Origin: Candidatus Bathyarchaeota archaeon
GTDB lineage: Archaea > Thermoproteota > Bathyarchaeia > Bathyarchaeales > Bathycorpusculaceae
DNA: 64,000 bases
Direction: 5' to 3'
Assembly (NCBI GenBank): GCA_963811105.1
Contig: CAWEPZ010000013.1
Location: 64,001-128,000 of the forward strand
The notes under the pieces are model-generated. The model saw only the letters and a list, made by a program, of their open reading frames with translations, was not told where the DNA came from and searched no databases. Both the position numbers and the translations under genes were made by a program. Positions 38,503-48,288 of this stretch are shown here, one piece after another; the first letter of the stretch is position 1, and each line of letters starts with the position of its first letter.

Positions 38503-41478
38503 ATGCTCAGTTCTGAGGAGCTTTTAAACCTTCCAACTAATGAGCTTCTTTCTCGATTAAACACTTCATCAAATGGACTTACTTGTTCGGAAGCAGAGAA
38601 ACGCCTTGAAGTTTATGGTCGAAATGAATTTGCCAAGAAAAAGAAAAGGGCAGCTATTTTCAATTTTCTATCTCGGTTCAAAAGCCCACTAGTAATAATA
38701 TTAATAATTGCAGGTGGAGTTTCTGCAGCCCTCGGAGCAATTCCTAGCGTAATAGTAATCTATACAATGGTTATCCTAAGTGTATCTCTTGCATACTATC
38801 AGGAAAACAACGCTTCAAAAGCAGCCGAGCTACTAAGAGAAAAAGTCGCCACTTTAGCCACGGTCCTAAGGGATAACACTAAACAAGAAATTAAGCTTCC
38901 ACTAATTGTTCCTGGCGACATAATTTATCTTTCAGCGGGAGACATCACACCGGCTGATGCCCGAATTATCGAGGCTAAGGACCTTTTCGTCAACCAATCA
39001 GCATTAACTGGTGAATCATTTCCAGTCGAAAAAACGTCTGCACCAATAAAAACTAAAAGTGCTTCGATAACTGAATGGAATAATTATCTGTTTATGGGCA
39101 CTTCAATAGTTAGTGGATCAGCTTCAGCAGTGGCTGTGCGGACTGGCGGTTTTACAGAATATGGGAAAATAGCTGCAAAACTTGTCGAGAAAGCTCCCGA
39201 AACAGAGTTTGAACGGGGCACAACGCAATTCGGTATTCTGATAATGCAAGTCACTTTTTTGTTGGTTATGTTCGTTTTCATGATAAACGCACTTCTTCAT
39301 CCTAATGCACAAGGCATATTGCAGGCTCTTCTTTTCGCCGTTGCTCTCGCGGTAGGTTTGACGCCTGAGCTCTTGCCCATGATTATTACCATAAATCTTT
39401 CAAAAGGGGCTCAAGCTATGTCTAAGAAAGGCGTTATCGTAAAGCGTTTGTCGTCAATTGAAACCTTTGGCAGCATGAACGTTTTGTGCACTGATAAAAC
39501 TGGTACGCTTACTGAGAACCAAATTAAACTCTTGTTGCATATTGACATGGAAGGGAAAGAAGATGAAAAAGTACTACTTTATTCCTTCCTAAACAGTCGT
39601 TTCCAAACTGGACTCAAAAGTCCACTTGATGAAGCCATCCTCAAGCATCAAGAGATTGACATAACAAAGTTCCAAAAGATTGACGAGGTACCGTTCGATT
39701 TTGTTAGAAGACGTGTCTCAGTTGTGGTTGAAAAGGACCGGCAACGATTCTTTATCGCTAAAGGTGCCCCAGAAGAAATACTCAAAGTATGTGCCTTCTA
39801 TGAAATCGAAGGCGTAATTTCTGATATATCTGAAAGAATACGGAGAAAGATTGAGCAGAAATATTTTGACCTAAGCGCTGATGGGTTAAGAGTTTTAGGT
39901 GTTGCATCCAAGAAACTTCGTGAAGAAAAAGCTGTTTATTCTATAAATGACGAAAGGGAAATGACTTTTTTGGGGTTTGTGGCATTTCTTGACCCTCCTA
40001 AAGAAACTGCTAAACAATCTCTTCAATTGCTCAGCAAGGCAAAAGTGGAACTGAAAATTCTAACGGGTGATAACGAATTTGTTACCAGAAAAGTCTGCAG
40101 CGAACTGGGTTTTGAGGTTAAAGCTGTAGCTTTGGGAAATGAGATTGCCCTGATGAGTGATGAAGCTCTTTCGGCGGTTGTTGAAGAGGCTAACGTTTTT
40201 GCAAGGGTAACTCCTGCCCAAAAAGACCGAATTATTAATGTTTTGAAAACCAATGGGCATGTTGTCGGTTTCATGGGTGATGGCATCAATGATGCGCCTT
40301 CGCTCAAGACTTCAGACGTGGGCATATCCGTTAACAATGCAGTTGATGTTGCAAGGGAGTCGGCCGACATTATTTTGCTGAAGAATGATTTGACTGTTTT
40401 GGGCGAAGGTGTATTGGAAGGAAGAAAAACTTTCGGCAACACTATGAAATATATTATGATGGGTGTAAGCTCTAATTTTGGCAACATGTTCAGTGCAGCT
40501 GGAGGTTCAATATTCTTGCCGTTTTTGCCTATGTTGCCTATCCAAATTCTTTTGAATAATTTGCTTTACGATACATCGCAAACGGTTATGACCACCGATA
40601 ATGTGGATGCAGAGTACATCGAAAAGCCAAAACGTTGGGATATTTCTTTCATCAGAAGGTTTATGATTATTATTGGCCCTGTAAGTTCTCTGTTTGACTA
40701 TGTGACTTTCTTTACGATGTTATTTGTTTTTCAAAAAATGATAGATCCGAAGCTGTTTCCGTCCTCGTTCCAAACTGCATGGTTTATCGAGTCACTTTGT
40801 TCACAAACACTCGTGGTTCTTATTATAAGAACTAGACGAGTGCCTTTCTACAAGAGCAAACCAAGCAAATACCTGGCTTTAATGCTCCTGACAGTCATCA
40901 GCTTTGCCATAATAGTCCCGTATACGCCATTAGGTGCATTCTTCGGATTTACTCCGCCTCCACCTACGTTTTACTTGGCTTTAGCTGGAATTCTGGGTGC
41001 TTATGCAGTGCTTGCTGAAACTGTCAAAAAATGGTTTTACAAACGTTATGGTAACCGGGTGGAGCAGGTTTTGGTGCCGAAGAGAAAGACTATTTACTCG
41101 AGCAGAACGACGAAGCTGATGCAGGATATGATTGCTGCGATTAGTCTACGTCCGGAAGGCCAAATTTCGATTGAGGCTCTAACAGATGACTTGAAAGATG
41201 TTTTGAATTATCCTTTTAACTCAGACCAGATGGTTCGAAATCTTCAGTATTTGCATCGTTTAGACTATATAAGTGTGGACTGGCTGAGAAGAACGATAAA
41301 ACGTGATGCTTCATTGAGTGAATACGTAAAGAAAAATGTCACAGCGAGCCAAAAGTGGGCGACTTTAGCGGACGATTGGCGAAAAATAGGCAAATTAATT
41401 CAAACCAAGCATAAGAGCTTAAATAAAGAATACGAAGATTACTTCCTCGAAAACAAAGAAAAAGAGCACCAGTCTTAA
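38503..41478 (+). CDS. mgtA: Mg2+-importing P-type ATPase with ~130-aa C-terminal extension
   Basis: LTGES, GLTPELLP, DKTGT, PFDF.RRR, KGA, TGDN, GDGINDAP, SSNFGN. Confidence 0.92.
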   Translation: MLSSEELLNLPTNELLSRLNTSSNGLTCSEAEKRLEVYGRNEFAKKKKRAAIFNFLSRFKSPLVIILIIAGGVSAALGAIPSVIVIYTMVILSVSLAYYQENNASKAAELLREKVATLATVLRDNTKQEIKLPLIVPGDIIYLSAGDITPADARIIEAKDLFVNQSALTGESFPVEKTSAPIKTKSASITEWNNYLFMGTSIVSGSASAVAVRTGGFTEYGKIAAKLVEKAPETEFERGTTQFGILIMQVTFLLVMFVFMINALLHPNAQGILQALLFAVALAVGLTPELLPMIITINLSKGAQAMSKKGVIVKRLSSIETFGSMNVLCTDKTGTLTENQIKLLLHIDMEGKEDEKVLLYSFLNSRFQTGLKSPLDEAILKHQEIDITKFQKIDEVPFDFVRRRVSVVVEKDRQRFFIAKGAPEEILKVCAFYEIEGVISDISERIRRKIEQKYFDLSADGLRVLGVASKKLREEKAVYSINDEREMTFLGFVAFLDPPKETAKQSLQLLSKAKVELKILTGDNEFVTRKVCSELGFEVKAVALGNEIALMSDEALSAVVEEANVFARVTPAQKDRIINVLKTNGHVVGFMGDGINDAPSLKTSDVGISVNNAVDVARESADIILLKNDLTVLGEGVLEGRKTFGNTMKYIMMGVSSNFGNMFSAAGGSIFLPFLPMLPIQILLNNLLYDTSQTVMTTDNVDAEYIEKPKRWDISFIRRFMIIIGPVSSLFDYVTFFTMLFVFQKMIDPKLFPSSFQTAWFIESLCSQTLVVLIIRTRRVPFYKSKPSKYLALMLLTVISFAIIVPYTPLGAFFGFTPPPPTFYLALAGILGAYAVLAETVKKWFYKRYGNRVEQVLVPKRKTIYSSRTTKLMQDMIAAISLRPEGQISIEALTDDLKDVLNYPFNSDQMVRNLQYLHRLDYISVDWLRRTIKRDASLSEYVKKNVTASQKWATLADDWRKIGKLIQTKHKSLNKEYEDYFLENKEKEHQS

Positions 41479-42096
41479 AACAAGAAACTTCCCCAAGGTC
41501 TTTCAAGTGGTAATATTTTGATAGCCACAAACGCTTGAATAAAGAATTGTTTTGTGTCCCTATAAAAAAAGCCCTTCTTGAGTAAAAAGCATGAGCCCTT
41601 CTTTCTTTTCAGCGCACAGTTAGGCTGTCGCTAAATATTGGGCTACCCGCTTTTGGAAGAAGATGGATAATTCTCTTCTTCGTAGTCGGAGTTGGGGATA
41701 TGGAATTCTCGATTAACACTCTTGGCTACAATGTTTTAGGGGTTAGTTTGATTATTAGGTCTTGTCACTGCATATAGCCGGTTTATTATTCCAGCATTAT
41801 ATTTGGCAAACCTGCATCTTCGCAAAAAAAGAGTAAAAATACTCTTTATCTTGCTGCGCATCTTGAGCTGATATTTGGCGCTGTTGATATTCTTTCCAGA
41901 ATTTCTTTTGGCATCGACCTTCATATTGTATTTTGGCTTCCTTATCAATGATTTTTACTCTTAATCTTAGGCATCGCAAGTCTTTTCTTTGCCAAAACCC
42001 GAAAGTGACTGATAATTATGTATTTGTGTTGTACATATCTGCAGGTCTTAGATAGAATTCTGAAGGTTTAAATTTAAGTCGGACAAAATTGAAGAT

Positions 42097-42228
42097 ATGC
42101 CTCAACAAAGCAACCGGAAATCAAAGCAAATATTTAGCAAGCTACCTAACTATGGCTATTCAGAAAGAGCTGCTAATCTAATTTGGGAATGGTACAATCC
42201 CTCGGAGAAAGTTGACGCAATTTTCTAG
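42097..42228 (+). CDS. 43-aa hypothetical protein
   Basis: MPQQSNRKSKQIFSKLPNYGYSERAANLIWEWYNPSEKVDAIF; TATA-like tttaaattta upstream. Confidence 0.45.
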   Translation: MPQQSNRKSKQIFSKLPNYGYSERAANLIWEWYNPSEKVDAIF

Positions 42229-42263
42229 TTACTTATTTGTTATTCAAGATTTTTGGTTAATTT

Positions 42264-42704
42264 TTAGCCAAGTTTCTTTGAGTTACTTTCCGAGCAGTGT
42301 GGATTGAAGCAATGAAGACACCCTTTAGGGTAGGTTGAACAGAGTTGTTTCTTTTTGAAACCCCATTTCTTTCTTAATTCGTCAGCTTGTGCCTCTTGTT
42401 CTATTTTGCTTTTTGTTTTTGTGTAGCTGAGGTAGGCGTGGGCGATTTCGTGTGCTATTAGGGATTCTGAATCAGTTCGTTTCAGAATTATCATGTAGGG
42501 TTTTTTGATTTCGTCAACTTGTATAGTTTGACTTTGACCTGCTTGGAAAGAGATTTTCTGTAATGTAAATTGATAAACTTCTTCGGGCAGTCTGGCGAGA
42601 GTATTGAGTAGTCTTCCGTGGAGGTTTTGCCATCTTTGAGCAAGACGAATGAATTCAGCTATATCACTGTTGGAATCTATTATTGACCTGTCTCTTCTTT
42701 TCAT
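42264..42704 (-). CDS. Minimal zincin-like (HExxH) metallopeptidase with Cys-rich tail
   Basis: LIAHEIAH...EQEAQAD...WGF; CSTYPKGCLHCFNPHC. Confidence 0.65.
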   Translation of the reverse strand: MKRRDRSIIDSNSDIAEFIRLAQRWQNLHGRLLNTLARLPEEVYQFTLQKISFQAGQSQTIQVDEIKKPYMIILKRTDSESLIAHEIAHAYLSYTKTKSKIEQEAQADELRKKWGFKKKQLCSTYPKGCLHCFNPHCSESNSKKLG

Positions 42705-42873
42705 ACTTAATCTCTATGTTTCTTTCTGGGATGCTCTATTTACTTAGATATTTCTATGAATGTATTGTTAAGATTATTACTTGACCAATGGAAAATTTTG
42801 GAACTAATTGTTTAGAGTGCACAGCATATTTTTTATTGTTGCATATTTGTAACCACAATTCTTTAAGTACTTT

Positions 42874-43143
42874 ATGAAGCAAATATTAAGTAAATGGTTA
42901 ATTAGGATGGATTTTGCTCAAGCAGTAGAGTTTTCAAAGAAATTTCCCGCTTGTCGTCCAAAAATATACAAAGGATTCGTTGAGTGGGGTATTTGTGACA
43001 CTGAAACAGAGGGCTATGTAGTTCTGGCTGACTCAGCTTCGGCTAAGAAATCTTGTTTAAATGAGTTAAACGATTATGTTAAGACCCACAAATTAAGAAT
43101 AGATCAAGGCAAGAATTATTTGATGATTTACACGCTTTGCTAA
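42874..43143 (+). CDS. Hypothetical protein
   Basis: ORF with plausible ATG at 42907. Confidence 0.5.
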   Translation: MKQILSKWLIRMDFAQAVEFSKKFPACRPKIYKGFVEWGICDTETEGYVVLADSASAKKSCLNELNDYVKTHKLRIDQGKNYLMIYTLC

Positions 43144-43289
43144 GGACTTACAAAGATATTAATTTTAATAAATTGGAACATGAGAGCTTTGAGTTGATTT
43201 TTAAAAATAGAACCAGAGGTAACTACAATTTAAAAGCCAAGTTTCCGGTCATCGTCAAAACTAGGAAAAAAGAAAAAATTTTGTTGTTT

Positions 43290-43890
43290 CTATTGGGCTT
43301 TGCTCTGAATTGGAGTTTGTGCTCGTTTTTTTTCTTTTTTCGTCTGCGGGCTGCCACCAAGAGTAATGCAAGCAGTAGTAAAGCAAACAGGATGAGCGCT
43401 GATTCGCCTATAGTGTATAAGCTTGTTGATGGAATCGTCCAGGTGACTGTCTAGGTAACGGGGTTATTCATGGTTACCGACTGGAGTGTTCCGGCGTCCG
43501 TGTATGCGCCTTTACCGGTTCCGTTCCATTTGAGGAATTCGACTTGGTTGCCGTTGTAGTCAGTGGCGGATGGGTTACTGTAAACTTTGCTGTTGGACCT
43601 GAATTGTACCATCCAGTGCCAGCTGTGTATCCGCAGTCCGAGATAACGTTGAGGTAGTATTGTTCTTGCCAGTTGAATATAATTGTGTGAGCCGATTAGA
43701 CGTTGGTGAATGTGTAGCTTGTGCATGAAGTGTGGTGCTGCGTTATCGACGGAGTAGCCAGTGGATTTCCATCTGTGGGTTTCGTCACCATTGTGGTTAG
43801 TTACTGTGGCTGTGAAACTTGCGCTTGCCGTAACGTTTACTGCGGCAGCAGGTGAGCTGTGGGCGTTTATTACATTTATCTTGAATATTG
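43290..43890 (-). pseudogene. Decayed 3' fragment of a large repeat-containing surface protein
   Basis: Fragments SYTFTNV, FNWQEQYYLNV, GTGWY, SVTMNNPVT*, then TM helix plus RRRKKK; stops and frameshifts; no 5' part. Confidence 0.6.
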
Positions 43891-43982
43891 GTTCTGCAGA
43901 TTATGTTGTTGAGATATAAGATGAATTCCAGATAAACAAACCTTAAGTAGAAAATGAAGCATCTTCAAACGGTAGAACAAAA

Positions 43983-44537
43983 ATGGCAAAAGTGAATTCA
44001 ACAACCGAAACAGAACAACTTTTACTTAGCCTAGAAGATATGGTAGATGAAATGACTCATGAATCGCGCAAAAGCGACTTGTCATCAAAAGAAAACTCCG
44101 AGGAAGCAGGTGATGCTTCAACAGTGTTGTTAAATGAAAAGAATGCAAGGTCGCAAAAGTTTGATGGATTCTTAATTGAAGCTATTGATGAAGCATTAAT
44201 CTCGCTAGGGGAACCAGTTAAAAACACAGTATATTTCCAGTTAGAAAACAGCTTTGGCATCCCTAAAAATGAAATTCCTAAACGAATCGATGATTTTATC
44301 GTTATCATACACAAAATCTTTGGTTTAGGCGCAAGTCGTCTTGAACTTAGATTTATGAAAAATCTTTACGCCAAAATAAACATCACTGTAGAATTTGCTC
44401 ATTATGAAGGTCCCTTGTCTAAGTGGATTATTGAGGATGTATCTTTCATAGAATATGTTCAGAGAATGCGTGAAAACTATTGCAATTGCAATCAAAATTC
44501 TGAGACAACTACAAGACCCAAAAATGGTACCACATGA
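43983..44537 (+). CDS. NitrOD5-like small helical signalling-domain protein
   Basis: LIEAIDEALISLGE...YFQLENSFGI...IP.RI..F...I.KIFG.GA..LE pattern. Confidence 0.55.
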   Translation: MAKVNSTTETEQLLLSLEDMVDEMTHESRKSDLSSKENSEEAGDASTVLLNEKNARSQKFDGFLIEAIDEALISLGEPVKNTVYFQLENSFGIPKNEIPKRIDDFIVIIHKIFGLGASRLELRFMKNLYAKINITVEFAHYEGPLSKWIIEDVSFIEYVQRMRENYCNCNQNSETTTRPKNGTT

Positions 44538-44597
44538 TAGGAGTTATTTGATAACAAATTGATGTTTTGGTTTGCAAGAATTGAGAGGTGAAAAAGA

Positions 44598-45035
44598 TTG
44601 GAAAAAAATGCTAGAATCATAATAGTTGATGACGACGAAACCATAAGGAAAACTATGAAAGCAATACTCGAGGATGAAGAATATATTGTAGATTTGGCGG
44701 CTACTGGAAAAGAAGCCATCGAAATGACTCAGAAAACAGTCTATAACGTTGCCCTATTGGACATTCGATTGCCTGATATGGAAGGTATAGAATTGCTGAA
44801 CCGGATTAAGGATTACGTCCCGAGGACACGAAAAATAATGGTGACAGGATACCCATCAATGGGAAACGCAATTTCAGCCCTAAATAAGAATGCCGACGCA
44901 TACTTGGTCAAGCCAGTTGACGTTAAGAACTTGCTCGAGGTAGTAAAAAAGCAACTGCAATTACAGGAAGAAGAAAAGAATTTTAGTGAACTAAAAGTCG
45001 CAGAATTTATAGAAGCACGAGTCAATGCTATATAG
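44598..45035 (+). CDS. Stand-alone response regulator receiver
   Basis: IIVDDD, LLDIRLPD, VTGY, YLVKP. Confidence 0.92.
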   Translation: MEKNARIIIVDDDETIRKTMKAILEDEEYIVDLAATGKEAIEMTQKTVYNVALLDIRLPDMEGIELLNRIKDYVPRTRKIMVTGYPSMGNAISALNKNADAYLVKPVDVKNLLEVVKKQLQLQEEEKNFSELKVAEFIEARVNAI

Positions 45036-45322
45036 GAAACTCAGAATACCATAAATAGCAATTTTTTTATTTCTATTTTTATCAAGAAAAGATAGTTTGA
45101 TTAATCAATTGGAATTTTGTACGATGAGCTACTCCAAATATCTTGAATGCGAATAGGCATTCAGGATCTATGTTTGATCGAATTTCCCAAAATTGTTGTC
45201 CTAATAATCTTACTTATGCAATTATGCCAAAATTGACTGAAAAGAAGCCTTGCCGTCACATCAAAACCAAAGATAGGACCCTCTTGTAAATTTTTCTAAT
45301 AAGAAGACAAGATGTGGTGGTG

Positions 45323-46513
45323 TTATTTCTTTCTTATCCCAGTTAATTTATTTATGAATGAATTTTTTGACTTGTTTTCAGGTTTCTTGTTTTTAACTTC
45401 GTACTCAATTAATTTCATTTCAATTCGTGAATCAATTTGCTGTATTATGTTGTCGATACTTTCTTTTTCATCTGCAGAACCTTCTATCAAAAGAATCTCA
45501 TGACCTTGCACAATTTTTTTGGCAGTTTCACTTAGCTTAGGCATTGCGACAAAAACTGGAATATCAACTTTCACTTCGGATGTTTTATAGATGTACAGTA
45601 TAACCGGTGACGCTTGAACCTCTGATTCGCTTATTGCATGATCAAGAGCTATATTTATTTCGTACCCTTTGACTTGTTTTTTAGCCATTAGACTGAAATG
45701 ATGAGTCATTCCGCTCTTTTGTCCAGTTGCTAATCCGGGTATTTCAACTTCAAATCCCATGCTAACCAAGAGTGCCCTAATATTTTCTAAGCTTGCTACG
45801 TTTTGTCTTATTTCCTTTTTTCTCTTCAAGTTCAATGAAAACTTTGGTATTTCTCCCACTTGTGCCTCCTTTATCGTGAAGTTTTTGTTGCAGTTTCGAC
45901 AAATTAGGTCATATTCGGGGTTCTCGAATTTTTCGCCGCATTCCTGGCATACGTACCAGCGACCCATGTTTCTGAATTGCCCTTCAAGAAGGGGTTGTTC
46001 GCATTTTGGACATCGATTTTGTAAGTATTTATTTCTTTGGTCGATGTATCCACATGGAATATGTTCAGTTAAGCTTGTTTTTTCGACATTGTGGCTTTTA
46101 CATTTTGGGCATCGATTATGCAATGTCAGGTTTGTTGATTCGCAATTTGGGCAGGTCGATACTGAATCAAAGAATCTTTTTTGAAGTATGTCTAATTGTA
46201 CAAGGTTTTCTAAACATTCTCTTGAGAGCTGATTTACTTCGTTTTTATTTGAAGCATTTCCAGTTATTTGGTAAACAAATCCTATTCCTGGAGTGTAGAT
46301 GGGAATTATTTCTTCTTCATCTCCATCTTGTAATAGTTTTCTAAGGAGGTCGCGTGTTTCAGGTTCAATATATGCCTCTCGTCGTTCCAATTCTACTTTG
46401 TCTTCGGCATCAAATGCTTTGATTGTGACTTTGTTTTTATCTGAAATAATATTTGCTTTTATTTGCTCCGCTGTTCTTTTCATAACTGTTTCTTGTTCTT
46501 GGTTTTTGTTCAT
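45323..46513 (-). CDS. TackOD1-like multi-Zn-ribbon protein with a restriction-endonuclease-like C-terminal domain
   Basis: CPNC, CPKC, HIPC, CPKC, CQEC, CRNC; GQKSGMTHHFSL. Confidence 0.7.
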   Translation of the reverse strand: MNKNQEQETVMKRTAEQIKANIISDKNKVTIKAFDAEDKVELERREAYIEPETRDLLRKLLQDGDEEEIIPIYTPGIGFVYQITGNASNKNEVNQLSRECLENLVQLDILQKRFFDSVSTCPNCESTNLTLHNRCPKCKSHNVEKTSLTEHIPCGYIDQRNKYLQNRCPKCEQPLLEGQFRNMGRWYVCQECGEKFENPEYDLICRNCNKNFTIKEAQVGEIPKFSLNLKRKKEIRQNVASLENIRALLVSMGFEVEIPGLATGQKSGMTHHFSLMAKKQVKGYEINIALDHAISESEVQASPVILYIYKTSEVKVDIPVFVAMPKLSETAKKIVQGHEILLIEGSADEKESIDNIIQQIDSRIEMKLIEYEVKNKKPENKSKNSFINKLTGIRKK

Positions 46514-46572
46514 TGGTTTTTGCGACTTTCCTTTTCAAGGATGGTTTCTAATTTTTCTTTATATTGGTTCGT

Positions 46573-47397
46573 TTAACGGAGGAACAAATAGAAAGCTAAT
46601 CCAGAAGAAATAGCTAGAATAGCTACGTATTTTAGTCCGTCAATGAATGAATCTTCGTTGATTTTTCCTGCGATTAATCCTCCGAAGAGTGCTTCCAGTA
46701 AAGAGGCGTGCAGAAATAATCGACGTGATGCGTCTTGTGTTATTATTGGCTTAATAAAAGAAGCGGTTGTTCCTGATTGGCTAAGGGGAGTGAACATCAT
46801 ATTCGAAATTATAATGATTATGAATAAGAATATGAAAACTGAGAAGAAGAATATTAGAACATAAGGTTGCGTTTGCTGTCTCCGTTTTTGAGACCAGGAA
46901 TTGATGTTTTCAAGGAATTTTGCGGTTGAGTCAAATATGTCTGATAGGTCCCCTCCATGTTTTCCTGCTTCATTTATCAAAACGGTTGCTTTCTTTATGA
47001 GAGGTATATCTACTCTGTCACTTAATTCTATTAGGGCTGCATCGAAGTTCATGCCCCAACTCATGTGCGCTACTAATATTTTCAGTTCATGTGTTAATGG
47101 ACCGTAGAGACGCTTGGAAGCATGTTCTAAAGCTACTTGCAAGGGTATTCCAGTTCTTGACGCCGTAGCTAAGTCCCTAAGAAATTCAGGGGTTGCCCTT
47201 TCAATTTTTGTTCTCCATCTACCGTGTATCATGCTTGTAATGGCTGGAGGTATGACACCTATTGCTAGAGCGATTACCAGCATATAATCTAGTGTTGGGG
47301 ACAAAAGGTAGAAAAATGAAGCAGCAATGAAAAATATTACGGCTGCAGCTACAGAAATGATGGATATTCGTTTTATTGTTTTTTTGACTATTCTCAT
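46573..47397 (-). CDS. Type IV pilus membrane platform protein (T2SSF/TadB-TadC family)
   Basis: PEFLRDLA...TG, YGPLT.EL, WG, GG.L.DIF; multiple TM segments. Confidence 0.88.
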   Translation of the reverse strand: MRIVKKTIKRISIISVAAAVIFFIAASFFYLLSPTLDYMLVIALAIGVIPPAITSMIHGRWRTKIERATPEFLRDLATASRTGIPLQVALEHASKRLYGPLTHELKILVAHMSWGMNFDAALIELSDRVDIPLIKKATVLINEAGKHGGDLSDIFDSTAKFLENINSWSQKRRQQTQPYVLIFFFSVFIFLFIIIIISNMMFTPLSQSGTTASFIKPIITQDASRRLFLHASLLEALFGGLIAGKINEDSFIDGLKYVAILAISSGLAFYLFLR

Positions 47398-47404
47398 TTA
47401 ACTC

Positions 47405-48286
47405 TCACTTTTCAAATGTTGACATTATAACCATCATTATTGCACCCATGATGGGTATTCCAAGGTAGGTTAGTAAGTAAAGAACTAGGGACATGCTCAT
47501 GCCGCCAAATGAACCGCTTCCAATCATGCCTAACGTAACAAAAAGAACGATGAAAAGTAGTGGGGCAGCGACTAACATCATGATGTATATTTCTGCCATT
47601 GCTGAAAGTGATTCTAGCATCATGTCTAGTTTGCTTAATCGGTCTTTTGTTACTGTCTCTGTTGTAATTTTCAGGTATTCTGTGGGGTTTCCACCTGTTC
47701 TGACTGTCGCCACGTAACCTTCGAGGATTTCACCGAGTTGCGCATTGGGTGTTAGTTTGGCGTTTTCGACGATCGAGGTCATGAGGTCATTGCCAAAAAT
47801 GCTTATGTCTCGTATAATGTTGCTAAATTCTAATCGGACTTCTTTGAGGGAATCGATTTTGGCCATCGATTCGAAAATAATGCTCGGGGGAACATTTGAA
47901 CTTGAGAGAAGAGTAAGAAAGTTAGTAATATAGGGCAAGTTCTTATTTATTGGTCCGTTTCTGTTGCTTGCTTTCATTCCGGGATAGATGTACATTACTA
48001 ATAACGTTATTAGCGCTGCTGATACTGCGGTGACTAATGTGAATGCGAAGTTCATTGCTGACAGGTACGGAATGCCGGTTAAAAGCGGTATGAGGATAAA
48101 TGAAAGGGGGATTGCGGCTGCAAAAACAACTATCGACATCAGTACCATGAAGGCGATGTATGCTTTGAATGCTATTAGCACGCCGCCTTTTTTGAGTTGA
48201 ATATGGATTTCTTGAAATTTCGGGTATACTCTTTCTAACTTCTTGTTTAGTAGGTTGTATGCTGTTGCCCAGGGTTGAAATTTCAT
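47405..48286 (-). CDS. Type IV pilus membrane platform protein (T2SSF/TadC family)
   Basis: NLPY, FGNDL, TP, TGG, AEIY; multiple TM segments. Confidence 0.88.
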   Translation of the reverse strand: MKFQPWATAYNLLNKKLERVYPKFQEIHIQLKKGGVLIAFKAYIAFMVLMSIVVFAAAIPLSFILIPLLTGIPYLSAMNFAFTLVTAVSAALITLLVMYIYPGMKASNRNGPINKNLPYITNFLTLLSSSNVPPSIIFESMAKIDSLKEVRLEFSNIIRDISIFGNDLMTSIVENAKLTPNAQLGEILEGYVATVRTGGNPTEYLKITTETVTKDRLSKLDMMLESLSAMAEIYIMMLVAAPLLFIVLFVTLGMIGSGSFGGMSMSLVLYLLTYLGIPIMGAIMMVIMSTFEK

Positions 48287-48288
48287 TC

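Noticed and set aside
41640-41980. Hydrophobic reading frames after mgtA
   Set aside because: Multiple stops; unassignable membrane-gene debris
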